DNA of 63,588 nucleotides, filler included, from Octopus bimaculoides (lineage: Eukaryota), in NCBI RefSeq assembly GCF_001194135.2. It is 5 parts of 5 records of this genome, joined end to end, with 100 filler letters (N's around TTAATTAATTAA, not from the genome) between each part and the next. Parts side by side here need not be neighbours in the genome. Positions count along the whole stretch, not along the records: positions 60,406 to 63,588 come from NC_068982.1; 4 more parts are not named here. The stretch is one strand, 5' to 3'. Positions 61,180-63,588 of this stretch are shown piece by piece. Positions within the stretch are counted from its first letter, which is position 1, and each line of letters begins with the position of its first letter. Below the pieces are notes generated by a model. That model was not told the DNA's origin, did not search any database, and worked only from the letters and a program-made list of their open reading frames with translations. The translations under genes and the position numbers were made by a program.

Positions 61180-62400
61180 AAGACCGGGGATTATTTTAAT
61201 GGATCACAAGGATGATTTTTATGGTAACCCTAATGTTAGATTGATTTGCCCAGGGAAATCTGAGCGATGGGCTCTGCAAGTTACAGATTTGGTTGGTATT
61301 TATATATTTTTTTATCTTGGGAATGGATTTTCAAAAACTTGCGGGAGGTTGGTATTTATATTCTTTTTATCTTGGAAAAGGATTTTCCTGAACTTGCGGG
61401 AGTTTTATATAGAAATGATGCCCTTTTTACCATTAGGAACCTATCTAATAGGAAACTTGAACTATATAAGAACAAATTTTTGGACACTTTACAATGATAG
61501 AAAATGAACATGAATCAATTAACTTCCTAGACGTTAATATTAATCTCATTACTGTCAACTGTGAACCATACCACAAGCTTATCTCCAATCTTAAGTATAT
61601 TAATGTCGGAAGTAATCATTTTGGTTCTGTTAAAGAATTTTTAGATTATATCTCTAAAATAATTTCTAATCTATCGTCAAATAAGGATATTTTTGACAAA
61701 AATGTTGACTTATAATATGGCACTAAGCAAAGCTGGGTATAAACAAAAGTTGAAGTATTATCCTAAAAACATGGACATCAGCATCTCTAACAACATGGAT
61801 GATTCTCATATTAGTAATAATTTAACGAACTTGCAGGAATAGGAATATGGATAGAGTAAGGAAGGATAAATGTCCAAATGGGAATAATGGTATACAAAAT
61901 ATGAGAACCAAAGTATTACTTTGTTCATCTAATTGTCCTCATATGGCTAGATATATGAGTACAAGAATAAAATAACAAAGCCCTTATGTAATTAATATGT
62001 TTCTAAAATTTGAAAATTATAATGTATCTCCTGATAGGAACGACATCATTTAGTTTATAATTCCATTCGCTAAGCAAATTAAGAATAATTTGGTAATGAC
62101 CTTATGCAAACTTTTTTCTAAACACTTTACAAAGGAAAGTAGATATTACGATATTATTAATGCTAGGTTTCTTAAAGTTGCCTTTTCTGTATCGAATAAC
62201 TTGTCTCAAATTATATCTTCAATTAACGAAATAAGATTATCTAATTTTTATAACAAATATAACCGTTTTAAATGCAACAATAGGAATGTTCCTGGAATAA
62301 AATGTTAATAAAAAATGTATGCTTGAGTCGTCTAGTGTACAAAGGAAAACATCCCAAGTTAAATTCCATTTCAGCCTCTGGAATATAGGTAACTTGGTAA
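61180..62400 (+). pseudogene. Decayed Penelope-like element (RT through start of GIY-YIG region)
   Basis: Fragments DHKDDFYGNPNVRLICPGKSE, LVGIYIL, LYRNDAL (decayed YRDDGL), INFLDVNI, YINVGSNH, YNMALSKAGYK and KHFTKESRYYDIINARFLKVAFSVSNNLSQIISSIN, plus a Cys-containing segment, follow the PLE RT/linker motif order. Many stops and frameshifts. Confidence 0.88.
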
Positions 62401-62525
62401 ATAGCAATCATACTGAATAAAATGATATAAAACAGAATAATAGATAGAAAGGTAGACAGACTCACACATTCATTTATATATGTATGTATCCATACACTTA
62501 GTTCCTTGGATCTTATAATTACATA

Positions 62526-62566
<41 letters not shown>

Positions 62567-63206
62567 AGATATTTAGGTAGATAGATAGATAGATAGATAG
62601 TCTCACACATTCATTTGTAGATATGTGTTCATGTGTGCTTGTATATGCGCAATGGAGAGTGCATACAGAAAATCGATTGAATCACAGATTTTCCATTTTC
62701 GTTGAAAATATTAAAACTTTGTCGGATTCTTGTAAATGGCTAGAAGGAATTGCTCTGGTCATCATATCATTATGAAGAAAACCAACGATATGAGAGACTT
62801 GCCTTGAACTGCCAGATCTAGTATTTAAATAACTTTGGCAACATTAAGAATTTCTTTGACACGTGTCGTCCCACAGAACTCTAAAATGTGTAAATTGTCA
62901 TATTTTGTAGATCTTCTATGAAGGATTCTTTTTTGCAGACTCCAATGAGTGTGTTACTATATAGGTCTTCACATACGCATGCCTACAGATACAAACTTAT
63001 TTCGAATAGTAAATCTAAATGAACACGACATATTTTGCCACCCCACCCCACACACACGCGTGCGCACACATATATACACGTATGCACTCATGCGCGCATG
63101 TTCACGCATGGGAATCGAGTAACGATTATTTCTTTGACAAAGCAAACATTTTTTTCATTATATTACTGACATGAATAATAATTGTTATATATGTATGTTT
63201 CTGTGC

Positions 63207-63307
<101 letters not shown>

Positions 63308-63432
63308 GCAGATAGGGGAGTGAGAGAGAGGGGAAAGAGACAGAGAGAGAGAGTGGGTGGTTGAGTCTGTATGTGTTTGTATTTGTGTGTGTATGCATGA
63401 GGAGAGGTTGAGATAATAAACGAAGGAAAATA

Positions 63433-63588
63433 TAGGCGCAAGAGTGACTGTGTGGTAAGTAGCTTGCTTACCAGCTACATGGTTCCGGGTTCAGTCCCAC
63501 TGCGTGTCACCTTGGGCAAGTGTTTTTTATTATAGCCTCAGGATGACCAAAGCCTTGTGAGTAGATTTGGTAGACGGAATCTGAAAGA
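63433..63588 (+). mobile_element. SINE-A 5' part (runs off the window)
   Basis: GGCGCAAGAGTGACTGTGTGGTAAGTAGCTTGC...GGTTCCGGGTTCAGTCCCACTGCGTG; CpGs intact. Confidence 0.88.

Overview
Repeat-dense, AT-rich eukaryotic DNA. The SINE families and very high microsatellite load suggest an octopus or other cephalopod; this is an inference and was not database-checked. A large share of the window is N gaps. Four 100-bp gaps carry an artificial TTAATTAATTAA linker and split the window into five joined blocks: 1-25829, 25930-42545, 42646-44965, 45066-60305 and 60406-63588. The only supported host gene is the 3' end of a + strand, four-exon gene (<=45066-45303, 46893-47170, 52531-52614, 58665-58684). 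All splice phases match and it encodes a Pro/His/Ser-rich C-terminus I cannot name. The rest is mobile-element debris: at least three tRNA-derived SINE families (called SINE-A/B/C here), RTE-like 3' tails, a decayed Tc1-type transposase with D36E spacing, a decayed Penelope-like element, and Tc1-, hAT- and piggyBac-type MITEs. The most notable signals are two type I hammerhead-ribozyme motifs. One is at 3368-3430, in a ~338-bp tandem-plus-inverted, retrozyme-like repeat. The other is at 60893-60973, in a ~700-bp palindrome directly upstream of the Penelope-like RT. Also notable: an intronic inverted-plus-direct duplication anchored on a hairpin, a cluster of about 20 SINE-B copies including a self-insertion with a 17-bp TSD, and CpG decay confined to the gene-containing block. 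All alignments and folds were done by eye.
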